Shown: positions 39,510 through 51,880 of the stretch, one piece after another
How the letters are laid out: the number at the start of each line of letters is the position of its first letter
Numbering within the stretch: position 1 is the first letter of the stretch
NCBI RefSeq assembly: GCF_001194135.2
Contig: NC_068982.1
Coordinates: 165,606,664-165,670,663 of the forward strand
Length of the DNA stretch: 64,000 nucleotides
Source: Octopus bimaculoides
Lineage: Eukaryota
Reading direction: 5' to 3'
The notes under the pieces: model-generated
Told to the model about the DNA's origin: nothing
Database searches by the model: none
The model's input: the letters and a program-made list of their open reading frames with translations, nothing else
Program-made: the position numbers and the translations under genes

Positions 39510-39910
39510 CTAGAAAAGCCCGCCTACATTATTTGGATTTTCTCCGTTTTGACGGAGAACTTTCCAATTTTTTTTAACTATGCATGATGGGTGGAACTTT
39601 TTGTGAAAACAATTGGCGGACGTCTGGAATAGGTCGCCCACGTAAGTCAAATTTTCTCTGTTATCATGGAGATTTTGCATTCTTTTTTTCACCACACACT
39701 TCAAGATGATGCGAGTAAGCTTTTCATGAAAAGAAAATATGATTCCCTCCCTTCCTCTCCTCCCCGGATCTCCGAGAATGGACTTCTTCAAGTTTCCATT
39801 TTGTACTACGCTCCTAAAAGCGATGGGATGTGCCTTTATTTTTTTAAAAAATGTTGAAATCCATGAAAATCCATCGTTTTGGAAGTACCTCCTCGCCACC
39901 AAGCGCACAC
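39510..39910. repeat. Unclassified ~400-bp segment, probable transposon fragment
   Basis: More GC/CpG-rich than flanks, abuts the PLE remnant, small hairpin TTCTCCGT-TTTG-ACGGAGAA; no TIR or protein motif found. Confidence 0.3.
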
Positions 39911-40423
39911 ACCGAATGAAAGAAATAACTTGTATGTTTTTCTTTGTAAAGACATAACTGTTCGTATCTTACAAACCCACAACCTCACTGACAAATAAAC
40001 ATCATAACATTATTATTGTTTACTGATTTTATTAATTTGCAAAGATTCGGAGAGAAATTAAAGTCTGAAAGGCAGAGAGAAAAGGTCTTGAAAGACTGAG
40101 AGAAAACATGATAGAAGATAAAGTTTGCGAAAGTATTACATGTTATATGTACCAAGGTTATATGTAACAGTTTATGTTGTTGAAAAAATACAGGGTGAAT
40201 ATGGTTTCAGTATTGTTTTTAAATTTATTTTTTGTTGTTGGAGTTGGAACAAAATTGTTTAAAAAAGTAGAGGGAGAACTGTAATAGTGATCGCTGTAGT
40301 AATGGTAACGATGGCGGGGATTCCAAAATAATGGATTTCCTTGGATTTCAAGGAACTCTTATGACTTAGCAAAAACTAGGTCTGCACGTATGACTATGCA
40401 CACAACTATTCACATATATATTA

Positions 40424-40685
40424 TACGAGGGGTACCCAAAAGAAACTAGAATTTTGCAATATTATTTCATTCACTTAGTTTTACATGTTTACACTTTTAT
40501 CGCCTTCAAAGTATTCTCCATTTGAAGCAATGCATCAGGCCAGACGCGTTGCTCACTGTTCGAAGCATTCCTGGAACTCTTGCGAAGTAATCCCTTTTAA
40601 CGTCTCCGTCGTTTTCTGCTTCACCTCTTTCCACATCTGCACAACGTTTTCCTTTAAGAATTTTTTTCATTCAAGGCAACAACAA
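40424..40685 (-). mobile_element. Mariner transposon 3' fragment
   Basis: MKKILKGKRCADV/EVKQKTTETLKGITSQEFQECFEQ*ATRLA*CIASNGEYFEGD (mariner C-terminus); TIR TACGAGGGGTACCCAAAA. Confidence 0.88.
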
Positions 40686-41091
40686 AAAAATCGCAGAGCT
40701 CAAGATCAGATATTAAGACTAGTATTTATGGCGTAAATTATGAGCAATACATATTTTTTAGGTATATCGTACATCAAAGCTCTAATCTTTTGCGTTAGCA
40801 CCCTGTAGGTATCTCGAAAAAGCTGAAATACAGGCTACTACAACCTTCTGACTTTCTTAAAAGTATTAATGAAATAAGTGAAGCGAACAAGCTATTAATG
40901 GTAGCAAACCTCGGCTACAAACATAGATTTCTGAAAATTTAGAATACATTGTACAGCGCTCGTCAACATTTTTAATATTCAACAAATCATGTAAGTGGTA
41001 GGTAGGGAAATTTTATCTGATACGAAAGTTCTCTGCATATATTATTACTAACAACTTCTATAATGTTCTAGACGTAGATTTTAATTTACAG

Positions 41092-41195
41092 GACAGGATA
41101 TCCAGCATTCAAATGAAACCTATTGGTTCGTTGAGAATCTATTACCATCTTTCCATTACTCAAGTTCCGAACTACTTAGAGGATGTTTCGGTTGA
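41092..41195 (+). CDS. Candidate exon, product unknown
   Basis: ttttaatttacag| acceptor; phase-1 frame QDIQHSNETYWFVENLLPSFHYSSSELLRGCFG*; phase-compatible with 36591-36658. Confidence 0.18.
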
Positions 41196-42090
41196 CAAAT
41201 CAAGTTTCTCGGAAACAAACCAAAATAGAGTTAAATCACTGATCTTAATCTTTCTTTTCTTCTCCCCTTCTCTCTCACACTTTATCTATCTATCCATTTA
41301 CCTCTTCTTATGTATCTAAGACTTTGTCTCCTTATCTTTGTTAGAGGAACAATATTGAATAGATTCTTCCAGCGCTTGAAGCTTGCTTAGCTGCAGTCTT
41401 CCATATTTCTGAACAACGTTCTCATACGTCAACCAAATTAAATTGTAATATAATAGAAATCAAGAAAGCAAAGGAAAATTCGCATCTTACAATGCAAAAA
41501 CTCTTAATCCTGATATCCACTTGGGTATTACAGTTAGTTTGCGTTTGAATGTGCTTTAAGTTTGGTCCATAAATACTACGCCACTCTTGGCACGTAGCAA
41601 GGATTGCAGGAAAAGAGTGATGCAATGTTTGTTGGCATGTAATAAATGCATATTTAATGTCCTATTACTAACATCGTTTACAAACTTTCTATACGAGGAA
41701 AGAATTCTGAAACGTTTCCATTTAATTTATTCGACTAGATTCTCTAAGATAATAATTCTAATTTGAAAATTGAAAGTAAGTCGCAGTCAGTGTATAAGAA
41801 TTTATCAGTGTCTTGACGAAGCGAAATAATTAGATGTAGATAGCTTTAGAGAACGTATTAAACTTTCTAACTTAATGGTGCAGATTTATAGTTCAATATA
41901 CAATAGTTTTATCCGTATCGAAAATATAATCCATATGCGACGTTGTTTCTTTGCATACTCTTCTTAACGTGCCAGTAACACTGTTTAAGTAAGTGAAACG
42001 AAACTTGTCCTGTAGCTTGTATTCAAGAATCAATATTGTGGTGTAGCAGGCTGCCAACGCCGCCGATTTTGAAATATCTATAAACAAATA

Positions 42091-42665
42091 AGATATAGCT
42101 TTCTGTTATAGGAATGAACGGGTATTTTCCTGCTGCTTGTGCTAAGTTCCTTTTCTTTTATGAGCGAAGTTCTCAAACATTTTTTTTTCATCACTTCAAA
42201 GTAGATTCGACATAAGTTAAAGATACTTAATTAGTGATTGCAAAATAAAATATATCTTTGTATTTTATGTGACATTTTGTAGAGACACTCAGTAAGTGAC
42301 ACAAAAAAATCTTTATCTATGGACTCCAGGATTACAACGTGCTACTTTCAGCTCCAGACACTGATTGTAGCCAATTAGGTAGATTTTACACTAACCCAGA
42401 TAGAAATAAAAACGAAATTACCTACAAACTATATCCTACATCATTAAAAATATGTAAACAGTAATCACGGTAGTCGATCTAGAAAGGGCAAAGAAATATT
42501 GAATAATCAGCACTAGAAATACCTTTGACATAGGACTACAGTATAAAAGCGCACGCACGCACACATACATACACACACACCCACACATATTTATTTATGC
42601 TAGATATAGCTTATTGTTATAAGAATGGACAGGTGTTTTCCTGCTACTTGTACTAAGTTCCATTT
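42091..42665 (+). repeat. Diverged 60-bp direct repeat pair, 511 bp apart
   Basis: 42091-42150 vs 42602-42661, 52/60 identical. Confidence 0.85.
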
Positions 42666-42747
42666 TTGCGTTTTCACCTAAAATGGAAACAAACACCATA
42701 CATCCATGTAATCGAAAAATTGTTAAGAAATTAAGATATGTTTTAAC

Positions 42748-43502
42748 NNNNNNNNNNNNNNNNNNNNNNNNNNNNNNNNNNNNNNNNNNNNNNNNNNNNN
42801 NNNNNNNNNNNNNNNNNNNNNNNNNNNNNNNNNNNNNNNNNNNNNNNNNNNNNNNNNNNNNNNNNNNNNNNNNNNNNNNNNNNNNNNNNNNNNNNNNNNN
42901 NNNNNNNNNNNNNNNNNNNNNNNNNNNNNNNNNNNNNNNNNNNNNNNNNNNNNNNNNNNNNNNNNNNNNNNNNNNNNNNNNNNNNNNNNNNNNNNNNNNN
43001 NNNNNNNNNNNNNNNNNNNNNNNNNNNNNNNNNNNNNNNNNNNNNNNNNNNNNNNNNNNNNNNNNNNNNNNNNNNNNNNNNNNNNNNNNNNNNNNNNNNN
43101 NNNNNNNNNNNNNNNNNNNNNNNNNNNNNNNNNNNNNNNNNNNNNNNNNNNNNNNNNNNNNNNNNNNNNNNNNNNNNNNNNNNNNNNNNNNNNNNNNNNN
43201 NNNNNNNNNNNNNNNNNNNNNNNNNNNNNNNNNNNNNNNNNNNNNNNNNNNNNNNNNNNNNNNNNNNNNNNNNNNNNNNNNNNNNNNNNNNNNNNNNNNN
43301 NNNNNNNNNNNNNNNNNNNNNNNNNNNNNNNNNNNNNNNNNNNNNNNNNNNNNNNNNNNNNNNNNNNNNNNNNNNNNNNNNNNNNNNNNNNNNNNNNNNN
43401 NNNNNNNNNNNNNNNNNNNNNNNNNNNNNNNNNNNNNNNNNNNNNNNNNNNNNNNNNNNNNNNNNNNNNNNNNNNNNNNNNNNNNNNNNNNNNNNNNNNN
43501 NN
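42748..43502. other. Assembly gap (N)
   Basis: N run. Confidence 1.
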
Positions 43503-44269
43503 ATATATATATATATGTATGTATACACACACAAACAGACGTGAGTATGCGTCTATGTATATGGGTATGTATATATATATATATATATATGTATATAAAT
43601 CGTTATGTTAGAAAAATCTTATGAAATTTTGCGTATAGTAACATTGCTTTTGGAGAAATATCCGGTTTTGTATTTTTTTTTTATTTCTCATTATACGCCA
43701 TACACCATAAATAGAAATCACCTACAACCACCATTTTTGAACCACCCAAAACTAAACAGGGAATAAACTGACAGCCAACGCATTTATGAAATAGATCACA
43801 CTAAATCTAAAGATTACTCATAAACCAGGAACAGAACACACCAACAACGTCCCAATACCAGGCATAACCACCCAATAACAACACAAAACAACACTAGGAT
43901 AAGAAATACACTACATACCAGGCACTACTACCCCATGACCCAAAGTTACTGGTCCATACAGAACACAAGAAAAGCACAAAATAATACTAGGTCAAGAAAC
44001 ATGCCGCATACAAGAATTTCCAAAAAAAAATATACCGCATACAGAAATGTTACACAAATCACTAACCAAAACAACCATGGACACCCACACACACATGACT
44101 ATCTGAAGCAACAATACCACCATTCCCCCGGACCAATCCCATACAACCTCACAGACAGCTCATGCAAACAAAATTGCAACCAACATCTTTTAACCCCAGA
44201 CCAGGGACACCAGGACATAGGTTGGAACCTGGCAATCAGGAAAACCCGAAGATAATTAAACCTATGTCA

Positions 44270-46260
44270 AGCACAAAAATAGAAATCCTCTCAAAAGGAT
44301 TAAAATTCACCCCAACTCCACGCCGAACCAACCAAAATGAAGTGAAGGACAGTATAATAGAATTCTCTAGAAAATTAAGACTAACAGAAGCATTAACCAA
44401 TTATAATACTGAAGATGACTCACTAGTCAAAAACAAAACAAAAGTCAACAAATCCCTCACAAAGGAAAAAATAAAAATCTTGATGAAGTCTGCAACCACA
44501 TTGAGAACTTTCCGTACCACACCATGCATAAACAGACAGTTAACTCAAACTTTAGCACAACACAATGGAAGGAACTAACAGAACTTCAAAATAATGAAGA
44601 CATAACGATTAAGGAAGCAGATAAAGGAAGTGCAGTTGTAATAATGGACACGTTATACTATAGAATTCTAGTAATCTCCATGCTGAATGACAGCCAATAT
44701 TACGAAAACATCACAAACTACACCGCGCAAAAAATAATGCTAGCCCTGTCCTCCCTAATGAAAACCGATTGAAAAGAACTGACAACCAAAGAAATTGACT
44801 TTTTAACAAACTTTAAATGCAAACCTAGCCTTTTCTACGGTCTACCACGAATCCACAAAAGCCAGATTATAAATAAAACCATAGAAAAATCACAAAAGAC
44901 GTACATACATACACTAAACCCAGGGGATCTAAAACCACGACCTATCATAGCTGGTCCAGCCTGTGAAACACACAGATTAAGTCTATTTATGAACATCCTC
45001 CTGAAACCCTTCCTTAAACACATCAATAGCCATATTAGAGATGACTTGGATATGTTAAATCACCTCCCCAAAAAAGTCAAGAAAGAAACAATCATGGTTT
45101 CATTTGATGTAATTAATTCATATACCAGTTTACCCCATAATTACGGGCTAGAGGCAATTCAGTTCTGGCTTGACCAATTTCCGGAAGAAATACCAGAAAG
45201 GATCAGCAAAGAATTCATAATCGAGTCGGTTGAATTAATCCTACGAAACAACCACTTCATGTTTGATAATACGTTTATCTACAAAAATCTGGAATTGCTA
45301 TGGGCACTTGGGCAGCCCCAATCATTGCGAACCTAACAATGTGCTATCTGGAAATAATATACCAGGAATCTTTATCTACCTTTGGAAATCCCCTTTCCCA
45401 ATACATAAGAGAAAATTGAAAAAGATTCCTAGACGACTATTTCATACTCTGGAATGAAAACACAGACATACTCCCGAAATTCAAAAAACTATTGCACAGC
45501 GTCAACCCAAACATACAGTTCACAATGGAATACAACCAAAAGGCGCTCCCATTCTTGGATATACTAATTAAAAATAAGCCTAAAAATAGAAACGGACATA
45601 TTCTCAAGACCACGGACGCCAAACAATATCTACTATTTAATTCATGGCACTCAAGACACACCAAAACAGACATTCCCTTCAACCTTGCAAGAAGGATATG
45701 TACAATAGTGTCAGAAAAAATACCAGAGACTTTAGACTACAAGAACTCAAAAACACCCTAATTGACATACACTACCCAGTTCAATTCATAGAGGATGGAA
45801 TTAGACGTGGAACACAAATCGACATAGAGACCTTAAAAAAAGAAAATACTGCCGTACATATCCACATACAACCCCAGAAACAAAGAAGCCTTCACCATCA
45901 TCACCCAAGATTTGCCAATGCTACATAAGGACCCCAAATTAAAGAAAATTTTAAACTCACATAAGATCATTAAAAGCTACAAACAACCGAAATCACTAAA
46001 AAATGTCCTCACAAAGGGAAAATTATTTTCTAAAATAACGGACGCAAAAGTGAAAAACTGTGGTTAACCAAATTGCGCAACATGATCAGAATTCCTTTTC
46101 AAACAGGGACAAAAATTAAAATATCAAATCTGACTTTACTTGTGCTTCAGAAAACCGGATTTATGTTATAAGATGCTTGGATGCCACCAAAACTACATTG
46201 GTTCCACGGGATTATCACTCAAACGCAGATGCACTCTGCAACGAAGCCATTTCTAATATT
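44270..46260 (+). pseudogene. PLE RT plus GIY-YIG endonuclease pseudo-ORF
   Basis: KGLKFTPTP, IKEADKGSAVVIMD, FYGLPRIHK, RPIIAGPAC, VSFDVINSYTSLPH, RFLDDYF (45423-45443), NPNIQFTME, LPFLDILI, linker CG*PNCAT*, ENRIYVIRC/CHQNYIGSTG; multiple stops and frameshifts. Confidence 0.93.
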
Positions 46261-46613
46261 TTTAAATAAGAAAACTCGCTCATTGAAAAAAACATAAAGC
46301 AAAACCTAACCACTTGTANNNNNNNNNNGTCATACCTAACATTTTTGATTTCACAACATAGCGAAGAGATGACACAATATAGGTAAAGAAATTTGAGAAA
46401 TTTGAAAAGAAAATATGAAACCGGTTATTTCTCCAAAAATAATGTTACTATACGAAAAATTTTATAACATTTTTCTAACATAACGATTTAAATATATTCT
46501 TTAACCATATAACACAAGCCTTCAGTAGTTTTGTCACTGTATTCTGTATTTTATACTTCCAACCACGTCCTTTCACATAGCAACTCTCTCACCTATATAT
46601 ATAGTGAAAGAGA

Positions 46614-46681
46614 AGTTGTGCGTCTGAAGAAACATGCTTGCATTTCTATAAGGAGGAATGCAGGCGCGTCTGTATACAACT
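46614..46681 (+). ncRNA. Decayed type I hammerhead ribozyme in PLE pLTR
   Basis: CTGAAGA 46624-30, stem II GCTTGCATTTCT/AGGAATGCAGGC, GCGTC cleavage-site remnant, stem I AGTTGT/ACAACT; the GAAA core is missing. Confidence 0.6.
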
Positions 46682-47164
46682 GTATATTCTATTAATAAAT
46701 CTTAAATTTTAAACTATATGAAACTTCAGTAAATTTAGTTGCCCTCAGCAGAAATTTGTCCAGAAAGAGGTCGAATTTCACTTTCAGTCAAAACCGATTA
46801 TTCTTTTGCGCTAATTGCTGCAATATATACATTTTTTTTATTTTTCTTATTTCTATTTCATAATTTATGTTCCATATGATTCACCTTTCACTAAAATATT
46901 TCATCGCAGGTGACGAAATCAGCTGAAAAGATTCTGTGGCCATATACACATTATTTCTTCCTTCACTCCGCTGTCCATGTTTTATATTTGTTCATATTTT
47001 CTTATGTTTTATTTCTTTATTTTAGTCCTGTATGCATTTCTATGTTTACTTTATTGGTTAGAGAGTGAGCGTGAAGAAAAACAATCTTTTGATCGTAGTA
47101 CAAAATAGTATATAAAAATATAAACACTAACACAGCAACAACAGCAGTAATTTTATCATAGCGA

Positions 47165-47187
47165 CAACAACAACAACAACAACAATA

Positions 47188-47222
<35 letters not shown>

Positions 47223-47229
47223 CATGATG

Positions 47230-47281
<52 letters not shown>

Positions 47282-47285
47282 TAAT
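47165..47285. repeat. Compound (ACA)n/(ATG)n/(AAT)n microsatellite
   Basis: Directly visible. Confidence 0.96.
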
Positions 47286-47690
47286 TTTACAAGAGCTCAA
47301 CCAAAACAAAATATAAACAACCCCAGATTAAAATAAAAAGTAATAATAGTGATGAAGATAATATATATATAAGTAAAAGCAAAAATGCAATACCAATCAA
47401 TACCTGACGATCGGTTTTATTATCAAATATTTAATATTCACAGTGAACAAATACAAATAAAACATAGACTTCAGTAACAGTTTGGCGAGTGAGAATGAAC
47501 ATCTCACTCTTCTAGGAACGAGCACTTTCAATAAATAGATAAATATCTTCATCATCAAACAACTAATACTCATCTAAACGGAAACGATTTGAATACAAAC
47601 CAGTGGCTGGTACTTCGTTCTACACAAAACTTTCGTTGACTTCCGTGTATACATGTGTGTATGTGCGTTTGTGTGCGTGTGTGTGTGTGT

Positions 47691-47736
<46 letters not shown>

Positions 47737-49421
47737 ACAAACCACACTCACATCCACACGCATAAGTATGTACGAATGTATGTACGCATATATTTGTGCG
47801 TGTATTTGTGTGCACGTGTGTCTATACCTATGCGAATGGGTATGGATATATCTATGTGTGCGTATAACACATGAATGCATGTTTATATCATTATACACGC
47901 ACTCACTCATACATACGTACATACAAGTATATATATAGCGAGAGAGAGAGGGGGGAAGAGATACACACACACGCTTATAAACACAAATTACACACACTCA
48001 GACACACACACATATGTATATATATATGTGTGTGTGTGTGTCTATTTGTATGTAAGGGTATGCATTACCTTCTAAATTTTCTTGTCTGATTATTATTTTC
48101 TTTTTCTATAAAATTTATATATGCATTTAATGTTTTGAAATAGAAGCTACTTTTAGGTTTATTTCCTGCTGTATCCTTTATCCAATCTATATTCCGTTGA
48201 ATAAGAATCTGCATTTCCCTTTATAGTTCTCCAAACATTACACTTTATGTATTTATTAAAGGATAATGTGTATAAAACATATGAACGGCATGCTATTAAA
48301 GATTCTAATCTATAGATGCTTTGAATGAGAATTCTGTCTTTTCAAATCAATATTTATAATTTATTGATGATATAGTAATCTTTAATTCCTCAAAATCTAA
48401 GTTTAATAAGCTTAGTATAACTGATGTGTGTGATGGACGATGTTACATTCAGTGTTTATACGTAATGCTATTTCAATTCCAAGCTGAACCGAATACTTCA
48501 CATATACCATTATGATATATCTAAGAAAATGAAATGCTTTTTCAACGTTTCATACCGCTCTCCCACTGAAATATGGAATATTTTTTAGCGAATCATAAAA
48601 GATTGGTATGATATTTACTAATCATTGTAATTCGCAGTTGATATAATTTATTGTTTAGTTCAACAGTCACAGTGATTAGTTTCCTTTTATCTCCATACTG
48701 ATCTTGCAGTATGGAGTGTTACGCTCCTTCTTCCTATGCCTAAGCTATAAATATATTTCTAAATCATGCAACTCAGTTTAATGCATGAGCGTCAGTTCAT
48801 ACCCTGACACTGACATAGTACAGAGTCTCGTAGATCCCAGATATTTCACAAGGTAATCAATTTAGTTACCTTACAACGTACTGCAATAATCAACACAAGC
48901 AATACGAAATTTAATTTCGTATCGTCAGTTGTCAGTCATAATTTTTCTTTGGGGTTCAAATTGAACTGTGATGTTCTACCCATTATGGTTTACCCCGATC
49001 CACTACATGAAAACTAATTCTTCAGTAGGATGCTTCTGAAAAACTAAATGTAGTTAATAGATTACGTACAATACTCGTCGTCATACTATTGTATTTTACG
49101 CCAACCATGAGTCAATTCCATGTTGAAACTTCTCCATGTGATTTATCTAAGCCGTTCGTTCTATGAGACCTTCCATTGCAAAAGTTTATTTTTCCAGATT
49201 ATTGAAAAAAATAAAATTGAAGTGTACTACTAATGAATGTAAAGAATGGGATCTTATGCTCAGAACAGCATCGATAAAAAAATATATATGCAATACGTAA
49301 CCAAATTTTCTAAAATTCTTAAGATAGTTGACGTACATTAGGGTAAATTCTTCAAGAGAAAATGGTTGGACGGAAATCAGTCAATAGCTGTTAAAATTAA
49401 TATAAATCCTGCTCATCACCG

Positions 49422-49422
<1 letters not shown>

Positions 49423-49479
<57 letters not shown>

Positions 49480-49510
49480 TATCATTATCATTGACATTAT
49501 CATTATCATG
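49423..49510. repeat. (CAT)n microsatellite
   Basis: Directly visible. Confidence 0.96.
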
Positions 49511-49568
49511 TACATCATCTTGATAAGTTGATGGGGATAAATAAACTGCATAACGCCAGTATACATAC

Positions 49569-49658
49569 TTTCTACTATTTTCTGAAACCTCTGTGCATTC
49601 TGAGCTCGGATCCCATCGGTGTAAATATAAGCTCTTGAAAGATAACAGCAATATTTTC
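49569..49658 (-). CDS. Candidate 90-bp symmetric (phase 1-1) exon
   Basis: ttttcgtatttcag|GAAAAT acceptor, AAA|GTATGT donor, frame (G)KYCCYLSRAYIYTDGIRAQNAQRFQKIVE. Confidence 0.28.
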
Positions 49659-49804
49659 CTGAAATACGAAAATCTTCAAAAACCATCATCTGACAAACGA
49701 AGTTACGTTTGAAGGAGTTTTAATATTTCAATAAAACACAAATATATCTGACGGTGCTTGAATAACCTAATAGATTGTTTACAGAGATATTTTCGGGTCG
49801 TTAC

Positions 49805-49925
49805 CTGGAAAAGATATTTCTGTAGCTGGCATAGAATCATTCCAAGAATTCGGTCAGCCACACCCATTTCGAATGCTATAAGCCTGCATTGCCATGTCAT
49901 ATTAAATTAAACTGAAGCATGAGAT
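49805..49925 (-). other. Candidate upstream exon (UTR/pseudo-exon) of the 49569-49658 exon
   Basis: Long polypyrimidine acceptor ttgtttgtttacgttcttttgctttctgttag|, donor CCAG|GTAACG, 146-bp intron; the frame has two stops before MPATEISFP. Confidence 0.25.
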
Positions 49926-50099
49926 CTAACAGAAAGCAAAAGAACGTAAACAAACAATGCAAAATATTACATTTTAAAGAATGAAAGATTGAAATATTTT
50001 TTTTTAAAGAAACTACTCCACGCAGCTCGGCACACTCACAAACACACACACACACACACACTCACGCGCGTATGTATGTGTGTTTGTGTGTGCATAGAT

Positions 50100-50237
50100 A
50101 GATTAATAGACAGACAGACAGACATACAGACAGGCAGACACAGGCAGACAGACAGCCAGACAGACAGACACGCAGACAGACAAACAGACAGACAGACAGG
50201 CAGGCAGACAGTCAGACTGACAGACAGACAGACAGAC

Positions 50238-50282
<45 letters not shown>
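50100..50282. repeat. (GACA)n/(GATA)n microsatellite
   Basis: Directly visible. Confidence 0.96.
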
Positions 50283-50284
<2 letters not shown>

Positions 50285-51384
50285 AGCTTCGAAAATTTGA
50301 CATCACTGCACTAACTTCAGCAGTATTCGTTATAGTTTAATTAATATTAATTGAGTAATGTTTACAATAATAAGAGATTTTGTTGCTCAGGTATCTAGTT
50401 GGTAATTATTTAGGTTATATTGCTAATATATTGTAGGTGAGCTAAAATGCATAAGACTAATAATGCCTTAGGGCTCTGCATCAATGTAATAAAATCTCGT
50501 TCCCTCAACTTCAATGATAGTGGAACCCACACCAAGAATCAATATCCAGTAAAAATCTTATATACATTCATAAATGCGTTGCACGGGGGCTAATATAAGT
50601 GCATTGATAAAAAGAGAGAGAGAGAGAGATTTATAGAAAGGAAGGGAGTGAGAGAGAGATCTGACATAAATTGTATAAATTGTCATTATTGCATGTTGCA
50701 TAATAACAGTTCTGAAAATTCCAGAAAATCAAATTACTAGCGTTAAGTGATGTATTCAAGTTTATTTACTGAGGCGAAACCGATACAAACATTAAATGCG
50801 TAGGCTTCACTATCCTTTCAATGTATCATCATTGATTTTCAAAGAAACAATTTCAATGAAACCTTTCTTGATTTCTAGTTAAGTTTCATGTAAGCAGTAT
50901 AATTAATGTAATTCCGGATTTCTCTTTGACGATTTTGGATATTTTTTATTTATTGTTGCTGCTATTATTTTATTTTTCGTTGTTTCCGATTTTTCTTTGC
51001 CTGTAATTGTTTCTTTGTTGTTGCTATTTTGTTTTACTTTTTGTTCTCTGCTTTAAAATTTTCGTTCATTATATTTTAGATCTACATGGATATTTCATGG
51101 TTTTATCAAAGAGTTGATTGATGCGCCGGGTGTATTATTTACTAGGCTGAGACATTTAAAAGAAATTTCTAAAAGAAAAGATAACATTATTTAAATTTGG
51201 CTTCTCTTGGTTGACTTAAATCGCATTGGCTCAAATCACACTTTACATTCCCTTTCTTTGACAGATGATTCAGTGATGTACATTTTCTTATTTTCTTTCT
51301 CAATTTCTTACTTTCTTTACATTGAGCTAAACATCTTCATCGCTCCATTATTTGCGTGTGTATTTGTGTGTAGCGGGTGGGGTG

Positions 51385-51530
51385 TATGGATCTCCGTCGA
51401 TTTCGACGAGGCGATTTTATATGTTCGATCAAGTAAAAGTGGCTGAGCACGCCATACACACGAGTACCTTTAATGTTCTTCTAATACAGAATCGCCGTTA
51501 CATTGTATGACAAGTCTGTACTAAGAATTA
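51385..51530 (-). mobile_element. Diverged SINE family C fragment
   Basis: AAGTGGCTGAGCACGCCATACACACGAGTACCTTTAATG is the reverse complement of the 13520-13555 segment with mismatches. Confidence 0.65.
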
Positions 51531-51654
51531 TTGCCGTAGTCAACTCTACGGGCTTCTATATGCGATCCTACATGATGTTTATGCGTCAACCTGAGACAAT
51601 AGGAGATGACACAATCTGATGTAAGTCTCTTTCCATGTTTGGAAAAGTTACATA

Positions 51655-51880
51655 TATGGCTGCGGGATTAAAATTCGCTTCGCAAACTTGGTTTTGAGTT
51701 AAGTCACACTGCACAGTATCTTGGACAAGTACCTTCTACTACCTATCAGGGTGGATCGATACGTTGAAAGTGAATTTGGTAGACACAAACTGCGTCGAAG
51801 CCAATCGTATGTGTGTTTGTATATTTGTTCCCCCCATTCCACCTCGCCAGACAGCCTGTGTTTTTCTTTGAGGCGGGTTA
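51655..51880 (+). mobile_element. Diverged SINE family B copy
   Basis: ATCTTGGACAAGTACCTTCTACTA...GTGAATTTGGTAGACACAAACTG...GAAGCC. Confidence 0.6.

Larger units (their letters stand above)
43596..46750 (+). mobile_element. Penelope-like retroelement, decayed, with inverted terminal segment and 3' pLTR
   Basis: RT and GIY-YIG remnants; 43596-43668 is the reverse complement of 46418-46490 (67/73); 3' pLTR-like region with hammerhead remnant and AATAAA. Confidence 0.9.

Noticed and set aside
39551-39561. Partial match to miR-184 (GACGGAGAACT)
   Set aside because: Only 11 nt match, the 3' half differs and there is no precursor-length stem
41340-41640. Pseudogene-like minus-strand frame (WLTYENVVQKYGRLQLSKLQALEES)
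   Set aside because: Protein-like but interrupted by stops and unassignable
48691-48852. 10-bp hairpin, TATA-like motif and short ATG-to-donor exon
   Set aside because: Each element is common in AT-rich DNA and no downstream exon is supported
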